DNA of 64,000 bases from Longimicrobiales bacterium (GTDB lineage Bacteria; Gemmatimonadota; Gemmatimonadetes; Longimicrobiales; Gaopeijiaceae), in contig OZ242008.1 of the NCBI GenBank assembly GCA_965204735.1, positions 3,840,001 through 3,904,000 on the forward strand. Reading direction: 5' to 3'. The position numbers were made by a program, and so were the translations under genes. Shown here piece by piece: positions 1 through 9,396 of the stretch; the first letter of the stretch is position 1; every line of letters begins with the position of its first letter. The notes under the pieces were generated by a model that did not search any database, had not been told where the DNA came from, and saw only the letters and a list, made by a program, of their open reading frames with translations.

Positions 1-613
1 GCCCGACAGGGTCTTTCCCGAGCTGCTCTTTCGCTATGCGCCGCCGTGGCTGACCGGGCTGATCCTGGCAGGCGCCACGGCAGCCGCCATGTCCACCTTG
101 GACTCGATCCTCCACTCGAACATGACCGTCCTCACCAGGGACGTCTATCAGCGCTACGTAGCAAAGAACAGAAGCCAAGCCCACTACGTCGCCTTCGGGC
201 GGGCAGTGGTGCTGGTCCTCCTGGCCGTCGGCTGGTACCTGTCGGTGGCCGAGCTGGACTTTCTAGTCGAGATCGTGGCTCTCTCGGCCGCGGGCGCCCT
301 CCAGCTGATGCCGGCGGTGCTGGGCGTCTGCTACCCGGGGCGTCGGCTCACGACCAGCGCCGGAGCCGTGGCAGGCATCGTCGGCGGAGTGAGCGTCCTC
401 TACCTGACGCTGAACGACTTCATGCCTACGCCATGGGGGATGCACACCGCCGTCTTCTCGTTGCTGGTGAACTTCGCGGTCACGATCATCGTGTCGCACT
501 TCACTCGGCCGCCCTCGCCGGAGACGGTCGAGCGCATCCACGGCGAGGTGGAAACGTTCGTTTACGGGAAACCCGCACAGCCAGAGAACTGGCAAGGAGG
601 TCAAGAGAAATGA
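1..613 (+). CDS. Sodium:solute symporter family protein, C-terminal part (5' truncated by window)
   Basis: Frame from base 2 reads PDRVFPELL...GLILAGATAAAMSTLDS, the typical SSS AAAMSTLDS motif, then several TM helices; stop TGA 611-613. Confidence 0.85.
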   Translation, partial: PDRVFPELLFRYAPPWLTGLILAGATAAAMSTLDSILHSNMTVLTRDVYQRYVAKNRSQAHYVAFGRAVVLVLLAVGWYLSVAELDFLVEIVALSAAGALQLMPAVLGVCYPGRRLTTSAGAVAGIVGGVSVLYLTLNDFMPTPWGMHTAVFSLLVNFAVTIIVSHFTRPPSPETVERIHGEVETFVYGKPAQPENWQGGQEK

Positions 614-1014
614 CGAACACGACTAGGTGCGCGCTCGCCAGCGTCGCAGGCGGTCTGGTCTACTTCGTCCTGGGGTGGATCGTCTACGGGATGATCATCC
701 AGGACCCGGGCGCGGCGGAAGAGCCGATCCTCTGGTCGATCGGCGTCGGGTCCGTCTTCTTGGGCGCGGTCCTCGCCCTCGTGCTCGGCTGGCGAGGCTC
801 CACCGGCCCCGCAGACGCGTTCAAGGCCGCCGCAGGGTTCGGCGTCCTGCTCGGTCTCGCCGTCGGCTTCTCCCTCATGGGAACGATGGAGGCGCCGGGC
901 CTCGACACATGGACCGTGCTGCGCGACACGGTGATCGGCGCCCTGATGTACGGCGTCGTCGGCGTCGTCGTGGCGAGGGTGCTGCGCGGAGGGGAAGGCG
1001 CGGCCCACGACTAG
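610..1014 (+). CDS. Small integral membrane protein (about 4 TM)
   Basis: ATG at 610 overlaps upstream stop (ATGA), AGGAGG upstream; MTNTTRCALASVAGGLVYFVLGWIVYG with four hydrophobic segments. Confidence 0.75.
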   Translation: MTNTTRCALASVAGGLVYFVLGWIVYGMIIQDPGAAEEPILWSIGVGSVFLGAVLALVLGWRGSTGPADAFKAAAGFGVLLGLAVGFSLMGTMEAPGLDTWTVLRDTVIGALMYGVVGVVVARVLRGGEGAAHD

Positions 1015-2158
1015 CCGGGGGCGCGGCGGCCAGGGCGGTCGAGTCCTGCACGTCGACTCCCGGCGCTACGGCGCTCGCGGCGATGGTCGCGCCGACGACA
1101 CCGGGGCCGTTCGGGACGCGGTCGCCGATGCCCGGCCGGGCGACACCGTGGCCTTCGGCGAGGGGCGGACCTACCTGATCGACTCGGTCGACTTGGGCGA
1201 GGTCGGTTCGCCCGGGCTGACGCTCATGTGCCACCGGGCGGTTCTGCGCAAGCACCCCGAAGGCCGGTTCGGGAGCACCAACACCGAGCACATGTTCGTG
1301 GACCGTCACGCCACGTGCGACGGGCTGCGCGTGCTGGGCGGACGCTTCGACCTGAGCCGGGAGGCGGCCATGGTGGGCGACACCGTCAGCGCGTTTCACG
1401 TCGTGCGGGGCAACGGCCTCTTCTTTGCGCTCGTCGAGATCGTGAACGGGATCGAGGAGGGCGCCAAGCTGTACAAGTGCCGCAACGTGACTTGGGCAAG
1501 TCCCAGGATCGCCAACTGCCGCAACAACGGAATCCAGTGCCATTCGCCCGCGGACGACGGGTACTTGGGCGCAAAGCCCAACCAAGGCTGGAGGCGATGG
1601 CGAATCTACGGCGGCCACGTCCGGGAGATCGACGACGGCTTTCTGGGCGCGGCGGACGGCCAGGGGATCACCTTCAACAACTCGGACGCGACGGTCGCCT
1701 GCGGGGACGCGGTTGTGGAAGGGGTCGCCGTGGACCGGTGCAACCGAGGCATCTGGTGCGAGTTCAACCACCCGGAAGGCCGGGCCACCGAGATCGTGGT
1801 GCGCAACAACCTGGTGCGGGGGTCCAAGTGGCACGGGATCGGCCAAGTCGGCGTGATCGGCGGGCGGATCGACGGCAACCACGTCCTGGACACGGGCTTT
1901 CGCCGACCGGGACCGGACTCGTCGTCCGAGGTGGTCGGGATCGTGGTGAGCGGAACCGCCGACGGGCCTGCGGAGGACGCGACGGTGGCGGGCAACGTCG
2001 TGCGGGACGAGAGGACGCCGGCGTGGATGGAGTACGGCATCGTGGTGCGGCAGGCGACGGGCGCCGTGGTGGAGCGGAACGACGTGGCCGGCGCCTTGGA
2101 GGAGGACTACAGAATCGAAAGGACGGCGAGCGGCTCCTTCGACTTCGAGCGGCGCTGA
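1007..2158 (+). CDS. Right-handed parallel beta-helix (pectate lyase 3-like) protein; start uncertain (ACG 1007, CTG 1046 or GTG 1148)
   Basis: In frame upstream of GTG 1148 is YGARGDGRADDTGAVRDAV, the Pectate_lyase_3-type N-terminal motif; repeated GI...N beta-helix turns follow. Confidence 0.7.
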   Translation, partial: TTSRGRGGQGGRVLHVDSRRYGARGDGRADDTGAVRDAVADARPGDTVAFGEGRTYLIDSVDLGEVGSPGLTLMCHRAVLRKHPEGRFGSTNTEHMFVDRHATCDGLRVLGGRFDLSREAAMVGDTVSAFHVVRGNGLFFALVEIVNGIEEGAKLYKCRNVTWASPRIANCRNNGIQCHSPADDGYLGAKPNQGWRRWRIYGGHVREIDDGFLGAADGQGITFNNSDATVACGDAVVEGVAVDRCNRGIWCEFNHPEGRATEIVVRNNLVRGSKWHGIGQVGVIGGRIDGNHVLDTGFRRPGPDSSSEVVGIVVSGTADGPAEDATVAGNVVRDERTPAWMEYGIVVRQATGAVVERNDVAGALEEDYRIERTASGSFDFERR

Positions 2159-2219
2159 CCCGAGGCGTGTCCGACGCGCTCGCCGCTCCGCCGGCGCGCC
2201 GGCTCCAAGAGCGTGAGGA

Positions 2220-3233
2220 TCAGAGGTCGTAGCGGTCGTCGATCTCGTAGCCGGCGGACGCCCATCCGGAAGGCGTCCCCGCCGAATCGAAGGAGACGTC
2301 GATGCGCCCCAGCCGCATTCCGCCCCAACCCACTTGGTTGATCAAGGTGAACCCCGCGCGCCCCTGCTCGAAGACCTCCGCTTCGTCGAGAAAGGTGTGG
2401 GTATGGCCGCCCAGAACCAAGTCCACTTCAGGGACGGCTTCGGCCACCACCCGGTCGCTCGGACGGTCGGGGTTCCGGTACCGATAGCCCAGGTGCGAGA
2501 GGCAGATCACCAGCGCGCAGCCCTGGTCGCGCAGCGCGCGGGCGGTCGCCCTGGCCGCATCGACGGGGTCCTTGTACTCGACGCCCCTGTGCAGCGACTC
2601 CAGGACCAGTCCCTCGAAGCCGATGCCGAGGCCGAAGATCCCGACCTTCACTCCCGCGAACTCGCGAACCGTCCAGGGTTGGACGCGCTCCGCCAACTCT
2701 CGGTCGGACACGTCGTAGTTGGCGCACACGAAGTCGAAGCCGGCCTGGGGGAGCATTGCGACCAAGCCGTCCACTCCGTTGTCGAAGTCGTGGTTGCCCA
2801 GGGTCGCCACGTCGTAGCCCATGGCGGTCATGGCGCGAAACTCCAGTTCGCCGCCGAAGAAGTTGAAGTACGGCGTGCCCTGGAAGATGTCGCCGGAGTC
2901 CAGGAGAAGAACGTGCTCGTTGGCGTCGCGGACGCGCTGCACGAGGGTTGCGCGCCGCGCCGCGCCTCCCAGTCCGGCAAAGGGCCCGTCGTCTGCGGGG
3001 AAGGGATCCAGGCGCGAGTGGGTGTCGTTGGTGTGGAGCACGACCAGGCGCACGGCGTCGTCCAGAAGGGGACCGTAGGCGGGCGGCGGCGGGGTCTCCG
3101 GCACCGACGAAATCGAAGCCCCGGATGCGAGCGACGGAGATGCGTCCCACGTCAGGGCCGAGAGCTTGCCGACGCCTCCCAAGCCGGCGGCGGCGCCCAT
3201 CCCGGCGAAGCGGACGAAGCTGCGGCGGTTCAT
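2220..3233 (-). CDS. Tat-exported 5'-nucleotidase metallophosphoesterase (N-terminal domain only)
   Basis: MNRRSF Tat motif; LHTNDTHS, DSGD, GNHDFD, SHLG, GGHTH motifs; ATG 3233 overlaps upstream TGA. Confidence 0.9.
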   Translation of the reverse strand: MNRRSFVRFAGMGAAAGLGGVGKLSALTWDASPSLASGASISSVPETPPPPAYGPLLDDAVRLVVLHTNDTHSRLDPFPADDGPFAGLGGAARRATLVQRVRDANEHVLLLDSGDIFQGTPYFNFFGGELEFRAMTAMGYDVATLGNHDFDNGVDGLVAMLPQAGFDFVCANYDVSDRELAERVQPWTVREFAGVKVGIFGLGIGFEGLVLESLHRGVEYKDPVDAARATARALRDQGCALVICLSHLGYRYRNPDRPSDRVVAEAVPEVDLVLGGHTHTFLDEAEVFEQGRAGFTLINQVGWGGMRLGRIDVSFDSAGTPSGWASAGYEIDDRYDL

Positions 3234-5515
3234 TCCCATCTCCCTTCTCCTTCCCGACGAATGCGGCCGTCCAGCTCGGGGCTGACCACGCCGCGTTCTC
3301 TGATGTAGTCGACAAACACGTCTCGAATCAGTACTGCCACGTCCTCTCGGCCCTCGTGCGCCGTCGGCTCCCACAAGACGCTCCAGGCGCCCCCGCCGTC
3401 GGCCAAGTAGTCCACCGTTGCCAGCCGGTAGGTCGCCCGCGGGTCGATCGCCGCTCCGCCGACGAGGACCCCCGTGGCGTCTTCTCCGTCCAGCACCATC
3501 GTCCAGCCGGCCACCGGCTCCCCGCCGCTCCGGGCGATCTGGTCGGCCAAGCGCTCCATCTGGGCGCCCGTGAGCGTGAGCACGACGATGTAGTTCTCGA
3601 AGGGCAGGAGCTCGTAGGTGTGACGCATCAGGATCGGGCCCGGAGCGACCGGCACCCGCAGCCCGCCGTCGTTGACCAGCGCCGCGTGCACCGTGTCTCG
3701 CGACAGCCGGCGCGCGCCGTGAAGCACCGCGTCCGCAACCAAGTTGTCCAGCGCCCCCTCCGGGTCGGCCTTGACGAAGATGCCGGTCGCCTGCGCCAGC
3801 ACTTGGTCCAAGTGGGCTTCGATCTGGGAGCGGTAGGGCGCGATCATCGCCTCGACGGCGGGGTCCGGCGGGACCGAGTCGGCTACCTGCACAAAGCTTG
3901 CGGCAACTTCGACGCCCGATGCCCTCCCTTCGGCGCCCGATGCCCTCCCTTCAACGCCCGATGTCCCCCCTTCGGCGTCCGATGCCCGCCCTCTGCCGTC
4001 CGATAGCGGTCGAGAGCGGGCCGATCCGATCCGCGGCGACGTCGGGAGCGCGTCCCGGTCCACGATTGCGCCGCCCTTGATCACCGCGTGGATGCGACGG
4101 TAGTTGCGGGCGCTCTCCAGCGGGTCGGCGTCCAGGATCACCATGTCGGCGGCCTTGCCCGGCTCCAGCGTGCCCAGCTCTTCGTCCACTCGGTACGCCC
4201 GGGCCACGTGACTGGTGGCCGACTTGAGGATCTCCATGGGGTCCATCCCCAGCTCCTCCAGCGCAACCAGCGCGTTGAAGTGGCCTTCGCCGAGCTTGAC
4301 GCGAGGGTCCACCGTGTCGGCCGCCAGCGTCTCGGACTCGGCCCGCAGCACCGGGTTCTCGATCCCCGCGTCGGTCGAGACCAAGAGAGTCGCCCCCGCC
4401 TCGATCAGCCTGCGATGGTTGACCTTCGCCACCTTCATGTAGGGCGTGAGCGTCCCGTCGGGAGCCTCCCTCTCCAGGGCGTCGAGTCGCCTCTGGGTGA
4501 TCGGCAGCACCGAACACGCCACGCCTCTCTCCACCATCTTCCAGATGTACTCCACGGGCAGGTGGTGCGTCGGCCCGGAGATGCCGCAGTGGGTGATGAT
4601 GTCCACTCCGGCCTCGACGGCCATGCTGAAGCTCTCCACGGAAGTGGTGTGGGTCTGCACGGTCATGCCGGCGCGACGCCCCTCCTCGACGATCGCCCGT
4701 TGGACGGCGGGCGAGAACGACACGAAGTTCATCTCCACATGACCGCTGGCGCCGTACTTCAGGAAGTCGACGCCCTTGCCGGCGTACTCGCGGACGACCC
4801 GGCGCACCGAATCGGGCGGCATCCAGAGGAGCGCGCGCCCCGTCCCCTGCTCCCACGTCTCGTTCGTCCGAGACGCGAACGCCTTGCTGACGTGCTGCGC
4901 GGCTTGTCCGCGAAAGTCCGCCGAGAGCGGCCCGTCGAAGCCGATGATGTTGCCTGCCAAGTAGATTCGGCTGCCCGGCGCCTCGCCCCGGTTGATGATC
5001 TCGCGCGCCCTTGCGAGCGCTTGGCGGGGCCCCCACGTGTCGAACACGGTGGTCTGCCCGCTCTTGAGCGCGATCTGGGCCGCCTCCAGCACGATATCAT
5101 GGTACTGCCCCTCGTGCTTGATCAGCGTTTCCATGTCGATGTTGAGGAAGAGGTGCAGGTTGGCGTCCATCAGCCCCGGCACGACGTACTTGCCGGCGGC
5201 GTCCACGACGGTCGCGTCGGGCGGGACCGGCACGTCTCCCACCACGCCGACGGCCGCGACCCGCCCGTCGACCGAGAGCACCACGCCCGGGCCGACCGGA
5301 GCGCCGCCCGCGCCGTCGATGACCGTTCCGCCGACGACCGCCAGGGTCTGGGCTCCGGAGCAAGGAGCGACCGCAAGCGCCGCGACTCCGGCGAGCAAGC
5401 CGACGGCAAGCGCCACGGCTCGCCGGTTCCAGGTCCGTTGGAGGGGCGCGGGCCGGTTCCGGGTCCGCTGGAGGCGCCCGGCAAGAGGATGGCGTCGGCG
5501 GGCGCTCAGTGGCAT
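3230..5515 (-). CDS. Secreted amidohydrolase fused to a 5'-nucleotidase C-terminal domain
   Basis: AAGGAG RBS before ATG 5515; signal-like segment; PGLMDANLH, STDAG, GTLEPGKAADMVILDADPL; C-terminus has NDGGLR, LLPFEN, YRLATVDYLADGG (5_nucleotid_C-like). Confidence 0.8.
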   Translation of the reverse strand: MPLSARRRHPLAGRLQRTRNRPAPLQRTWNRRAVALAVGLLAGVAALAVAPCSGAQTLAVVGGTVIDGAGGAPVGPGVVLSVDGRVAAVGVVGDVPVPPDATVVDAAGKYVVPGLMDANLHLFLNIDMETLIKHEGQYHDIVLEAAQIALKSGQTTVFDTWGPRQALARAREIINRGEAPGSRIYLAGNIIGFDGPLSADFRGQAAQHVSKAFASRTNETWEQGTGRALLWMPPDSVRRVVREYAGKGVDFLKYGASGHVEMNFVSFSPAVQRAIVEEGRRAGMTVQTHTTSVESFSMAVEAGVDIITHCGISGPTHHLPVEYIWKMVERGVACSVLPITQRRLDALEREAPDGTLTPYMKVAKVNHRRLIEAGATLLVSTDAGIENPVLRAESETLAADTVDPRVKLGEGHFNALVALEELGMDPMEILKSATSHVARAYRVDEELGTLEPGKAADMVILDADPLESARNYRRIHAVIKGGAIVDRDALPTSPRIGSARSRPLSDGRGRASDAEGGTSGVEGRASGAEGRASGVEVAASFVQVADSVPPDPAVEAMIAPYRSQIEAHLDQVLAQATGIFVKADPEGALDNLVADAVLHGARRLSRDTVHAALVNDGGLRVPVAPGPILMRHTYELLPFENYIVVLTLTGAQMERLADQIARSGGEPVAGWTMVLDGEDATGVLVGGAAIDPRATYRLATVDYLADGGGAWSVLWEPTAHEGREDVAVLIRDVFVDYIRERGVVSPELDGRIRREGEGRWE
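3907..3990. repeat. Four degenerate 21-bp tandem repeats encoding the interdomain linker
   Basis: Units CTTC(G/A)(A/G)CG(C/T)CCGATG... start at 3907, 3928, 3949, 3970. Confidence 0.85.
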
Positions 5516-5595
5516 CGGGCTTCTCCTTAGGTATCCGGCGGTGGGGCCAAGGTACGACGCTGTACCGAGCCGCGCCAACTGAACTGAACCTCTCG

Positions 5596-6093
5596 CTACC
5601 CCGCGCGAACGTCTCGGAAAGCCGTCTCGTCGACGATCACAAAGGTCGCGGCCGCGGTGGCCACGAGCTTGCCGTCCGACGCCCGCACGGCCCTTCCTTC
5701 CATCTTCACCAGATTCCGCCGCCGTTCGACCTGCCGGCCCTCCAGCCGCAAGGACTCGCCCACGGACGCGGGCGTCCGGTAGCGTATCTGACAGCTCGCC
5801 GTGTACGCCCGGGCGCCCTTGAGATAAAGCAAGTTCGCCATCACGTCGTCCAGGACGCTGTAGATCATTCCGCCGTGGACCACGCCGGGGTAGCCGACGT
5901 GGTCCGGGCCCGGCGTGAACTCGGAGAGGCAGACGCCGCCCTCCAGGCGGAAGACCAGACGGAGGCCGATCGGGTTGTCGGGACCGCAGACGAAGCAGGT
6001 GCGGGCGCCGGATGGCTCTGTCGGCCGGCCGTCGGTCGGAGTCGGGAGCTCGGTTTCTTTCCTGGGGTCGCGGGGCGCTTCGCCAGCGGTCAC
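5596..6093 (-). CDS. PaaI family (hotdog) thioesterase
   Basis: CFVCGPDNPIGL and GYPGVVHGGMIYSVLDDVM motifs; probable GTG 6093 after GGAAGG. Confidence 0.85.
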   Translation of the reverse strand: MTAGEAPRDPRKETELPTPTDGRPTEPSGARTCFVCGPDNPIGLRLVFRLEGGVCLSEFTPGPDHVGYPGVVHGGMIYSVLDDVMANLLYLKGARAYTASCQIRYRTPASVGESLRLEGRQVERRRNLVKMEGRAVRASDGKLVATAAATFVIVDETAFRDVRAG

Positions 6094-6191
6094 GTCGTTC
6101 CTTCCATCGGGTCGGGGGCGGCCTTCGTTATATTCCTCGGAACACTGCGGCTCTCTTGAACCTGCGCACACGTCGGCCCGACGCCCACCCC

Positions 6192-6878
6192 ATGCCCCAC
6201 CCCCACTTCGTCCCGGCGACCTTCTCCTTCCTCCGGGAACTGGCCGCCAACAACGATCGGGAGTGGTTCCGCGACAACAAGTTCCGCTACGAGCGGGACG
6301 TGCGGGACCCTGCGTTGCGCTTCGTCGGCGACTTCGCCCCTCGCCTGAAGGCGATCAGCCCCCACTTTCGGGCCGATCCTCGGGCCAACGGAGGCTCCTT
6401 GTTCCGCATCTATCGGGACGTGCGCTTCTCGAAGGACAAGAGGCCCTACAAGACCCATGCCGGCGTCCACTTTCGCCACGAGGCAGGCAAGGATGCGCAT
6501 GCGCTGGGCTTCTACCTGCACCTGGAACCCGGCGGATGCTTCGCGGCCTGCGGCATGTGGCGACCCGCAGGGCCCGCGCTGCGCAACGTCCGCAACGACA
6601 TCGCAGGCGACCCGAAGGGATGGCGGCGGGCGTCCGGCGACCAAGAATTCCTCCAGAGCTTTGCCCTGTCGGGCGACTCGCTGGTGCGCGCGCCCAGGGG
6701 ATTCGACTCCCGCCATCCCTTGGCTGCCGACCTGAGGCGGAAGGACTTCATCGGAGTGGCCCCGATCTCGGAAGAAGCGGCAACAAGCGACGGCTTCTTG
6801 GACGAGTTTGCCGCGCTCTGCCAAGCCGCCGCGCCGTTCCAGCGATGGCTGTGCAGGGCCGTCGGGGCGCCGTTTTGA
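6192..6878 (+). CDS. DUF2461 (TIGR02453) family protein
   Basis: FLRELAANNDREWF, FRIYRDVRFSKDKRPYK, GFYLHLEPG signature. Confidence 0.9.
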   Translation: MPHPHFVPATFSFLRELAANNDREWFRDNKFRYERDVRDPALRFVGDFAPRLKAISPHFRADPRANGGSLFRIYRDVRFSKDKRPYKTHAGVHFRHEAGKDAHALGFYLHLEPGGCFAACGMWRPAGPALRNVRNDIAGDPKGWRRASGDQEFLQSFALSGDSLVRAPRGFDSRHPLAADLRRKDFIGVAPISEEAATSDGFLDEFAALCQAAAPFQRWLCRAVGAPF

Positions 6879-6922
6879 TCCCCGCCTTGTTGTTCACGGT
6901 GAACAAGGCAGGTTGAAGAGAG

Positions 6923-8254
6923 ATGTCCCTGCAGAAGCTGTGGAAGCTGCCGATCTCCGGCCGTGTGGGACGCCAGACCAAGTGGTCGTTGGCCGTGACG
7001 GCTTTCGAGCTTGCGCGTGGGATCGCGCAGATCGTCATCGTCTTCCGAATCCTGGGCAGGGAGAACTACGGCGTGCTGGTGCCGATCTACTACGTGACCG
7101 GCCTGCTGCACGCCGGCTTGTCGGTACTGAGCGACCAGGCCATTACGACGTACGCCACCCGGTCGCTCTCGGGCGGTCGGCAACGGGAAGCGTCCTTGAT
7201 CATCTGGTCGAACATCAAGATCTCCTTCGCTCTGGGAGCGTCGGTATACTTCAGCTTGGCGGTTCTTGCACACTCGTCGCCAGGCTTGATCGGCCTCGAC
7301 CACGAGCACCGCGGCCTTCTGCTCGTGTTCGGGCTGACCGCGATCTTCACGGCAAACCACAAGGACTCGCTGGCGGTGCTGAGGCTGACCGACCGCTACC
7401 ACTACAGCTTCGTCGTCGCCGTCGTCACGGGCATCGCCCACCTGGGCGCCTTGGGGGCGATCTGGCTGACCGGCGGTTCGCTGTGGCTGGTCGTGCTGGT
7501 CTCCACCGGAGCGGCTGCGATCAACGGGACCGGAATGCTTGCGGCGGCCGCCTTGTCCGCCCGAAGGACGGGGCTGCCCGCTCCGCCGCGCGGGTCGTCG
7601 ATTCGCGAGATGCCCGCCGACGTGACCAAGTTCCTGCGCACGTCCTTTTGGCAGACGAAGGCAGGAGCTCTGGGCTGGCACCTGGACCCGATTCTCGCGG
7701 CCAAGGTGGGGACCGACGCGCAGGCCGGAGTGTACGGCGTCGTGCGACGGGTGACGGACACCCTCGATTCGCTCGCCCGTACTCTGGGCCACGTGATACA
7801 GACCGAGTACAGCAGAAGGTGGTTTGCGTCCGACGGCGACGGCGTTCGCCCGCTTTGGCGGCGCTCCACCGTCTCTCTTGCTGTGTTGGCCTTGGCGTCG
7901 TGCGGCGGCATCTTCGTGTTTCGAGACGTGGTGGCACGCCTTCTCGGCGCCGAGTTCGCAGGCGGCGCCACGACCTTGGCGTACGTGCTTCCCGGCGCCT
8001 TCCTCTACCTGACCGCCACGGCCGTGCTGGTGCTGCCGGCCGCCGTCGGAAAGGTTTTGCCGTCGTTCACATGGCTGGTGGTCGCCGTACTCGTGCAGGC
8101 GACGGCGATCTTCGTGCTCGTGCCCATGTCCGGGGCCGACGGAGCCGCACTGTCGCGCACGCTGTTCTACCTCTCGCTGACCGTGGTCGCCGTGCCGTTT
8201 GCCGTCCCTCTGCTGCTTCAGAACCGTTGCGCGAAACAGGTGAACGTCCAGTGA
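6923..8254 (+). CDS. Polysaccharide flippase (Wzx/MOP-like exporter)
   Basis: About 12 TM segments, RILGRENYG N-terminal motif, AGVYG mid motif; coupled to glycosyltransferases. Confidence 0.75.
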   Translation: MSLQKLWKLPISGRVGRQTKWSLAVTAFELARGIAQIVIVFRILGRENYGVLVPIYYVTGLLHAGLSVLSDQAITTYATRSLSGGRQREASLIIWSNIKISFALGASVYFSLAVLAHSSPGLIGLDHEHRGLLLVFGLTAIFTANHKDSLAVLRLTDRYHYSFVVAVVTGIAHLGALGAIWLTGGSLWLVVLVSTGAAAINGTGMLAAAALSARRTGLPAPPRGSSIREMPADVTKFLRTSFWQTKAGALGWHLDPILAAKVGTDAQAGVYGVVRRVTDTLDSLARTLGHVIQTEYSRRWFASDGDGVRPLWRRSTVSLAVLALASCGGIFVFRDVVARLLGAEFAGGATTLAYVLPGAFLYLTATAVLVLPAAVGKVLPSFTWLVVAVLVQATAIFVLVPMSGADGAALSRTLFYLSLTVVAVPFAVPLLLQNRCAKQVNVQ

Positions 8255-9396
8255 CTTCCAAGGAGCCCGGCAGAGTCGCCATCTTCCTGCCGGACCTGGG
8301 CGGCGGCGGCGCCGAGCGCTGCAACGTGATTCTGGCGAACGAGTTCGCCAGCCGGGGAGTCGAGGTCGACTTGGTGGTGTACAATGCAGACGGACCCTTC
8401 GCAAGGCTGGTCGCCGACGATGTTCGACTGGTGGTTCTCGGCTGTCGTCGGCTCGAGACCAGCCTCCTTCCCTTTTGCCAGTACGTAATGCGCGAGCGTC
8501 CAAGCGTCGTAATGGCGTCGATGCAGCACGCCGGCATCGTTGCCCTGCTGGCGAAGAGGCTTGTGGGCAAGGGACGGCGCTTCATCGTTCAGTACCAGAA
8601 CACGATCTCTCGCGACTATGCGACCTTTGGTCCGGCAGGTCGTTTCTGGCTGCGCCTGCTCGGGCTGCTGCTCCCGTCCGCCGACGCCGTCGTGGCAGTG
8701 TCCAAGCAAGCAGCGCAGGACATTGTCGACACCTTCCCCAGGACGGCCGGGAACATACTGTACATATACAACGCCGTGTCGGAGGACGCCATCGCCCAGC
8801 TTGTCGACGAGCCGGTGACGCATCCGTGGTTCCACGACCCGGGGACGCCGGTGATGCTGTCGGCGGGACGATTGGTGCCCCTGAAGAACTACCAGAGTCT
8901 GCTGGACGCTTTCTCGCGGGTTCTGAGAGTGCGCCCGGCACGGTTGATAATCATCGGCGAGGGTACCGACCGGTCCAGGCTCGTGAGCCGGGCCAAGGAG
9001 CTGGGCATCACCGATTCTGTTGACTTTGCAGGCTTCCAGGCCAATCCCTATTCGTTTATGAAGAATGCACGGGTGTTCGTCCTCTCGTCGCTTCAGGAGG
9101 GGTTGCCGCTGGTGCTGATCGAGGCGTTGGCGTGCGGAACCCCCGTCGTCAGCACCGATTGTCCCAGTGGTCCACGGGAGGTGTTGGAGGGAGGCAAGTG
9201 GGGACGGCTGGTTCCCGTCGGAGACTCCCGGGCCTTGGCGGACGCGATGCTGGCGACCCTCGACGACCCGGAAGACTCGGCCGCCCTCGTCGAGCGAGCG
9301 AGGCGCTTCTCTGCGAGGACGATCGCCGACGAGTACCTGAGGCTGTTCCTGGAGCTGCGGGGCCGGGAGCGTCGCGCGAGTTCGGGCGTCGCATGA
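8251..9396 (+). CDS. Glycosyltransferase family 4
   Basis: GTGA overlap; GGGGAER, AGRLVPLKNY, SSLQEGLPLVLIEALACGTPVVSTDC. Confidence 0.9.
   Translation: MTSKEPGRVAIFLPDLGGGGAERCNVILANEFASRGVEVDLVVYNADGPFARLVADDVRLVVLGCRRLETSLLPFCQYVMRERPSVVMASMQHAGIVALLAKRLVGKGRRFIVQYQNTISRDYATFGPAGRFWLRLLGLLLPSADAVVAVSKQAAQDIVDTFPRTAGNILYIYNAVSEDAIAQLVDEPVTHPWFHDPGTPVMLSAGRLVPLKNYQSLLDAFSRVLRVRPARLIIIGEGTDRSRLVSRAKELGITDSVDFAGFQANPYSFMKNARVFVLSSLQEGLPLVLIEALACGTPVVSTDCPSGPREVLEGGKWGRLVPVGDSRALADAMLATLDDPEDSAALVERARRFSARTIADEYLRLFLELRGRERRASSGVA

Noticed and set aside
6881..6915. Terminator hairpin between DUF2461 and the flippase
   Set aside because: An inverted repeat exists (GCCTTGTT/AACAAGGC) but has no convincing U-tract; too weak to call.
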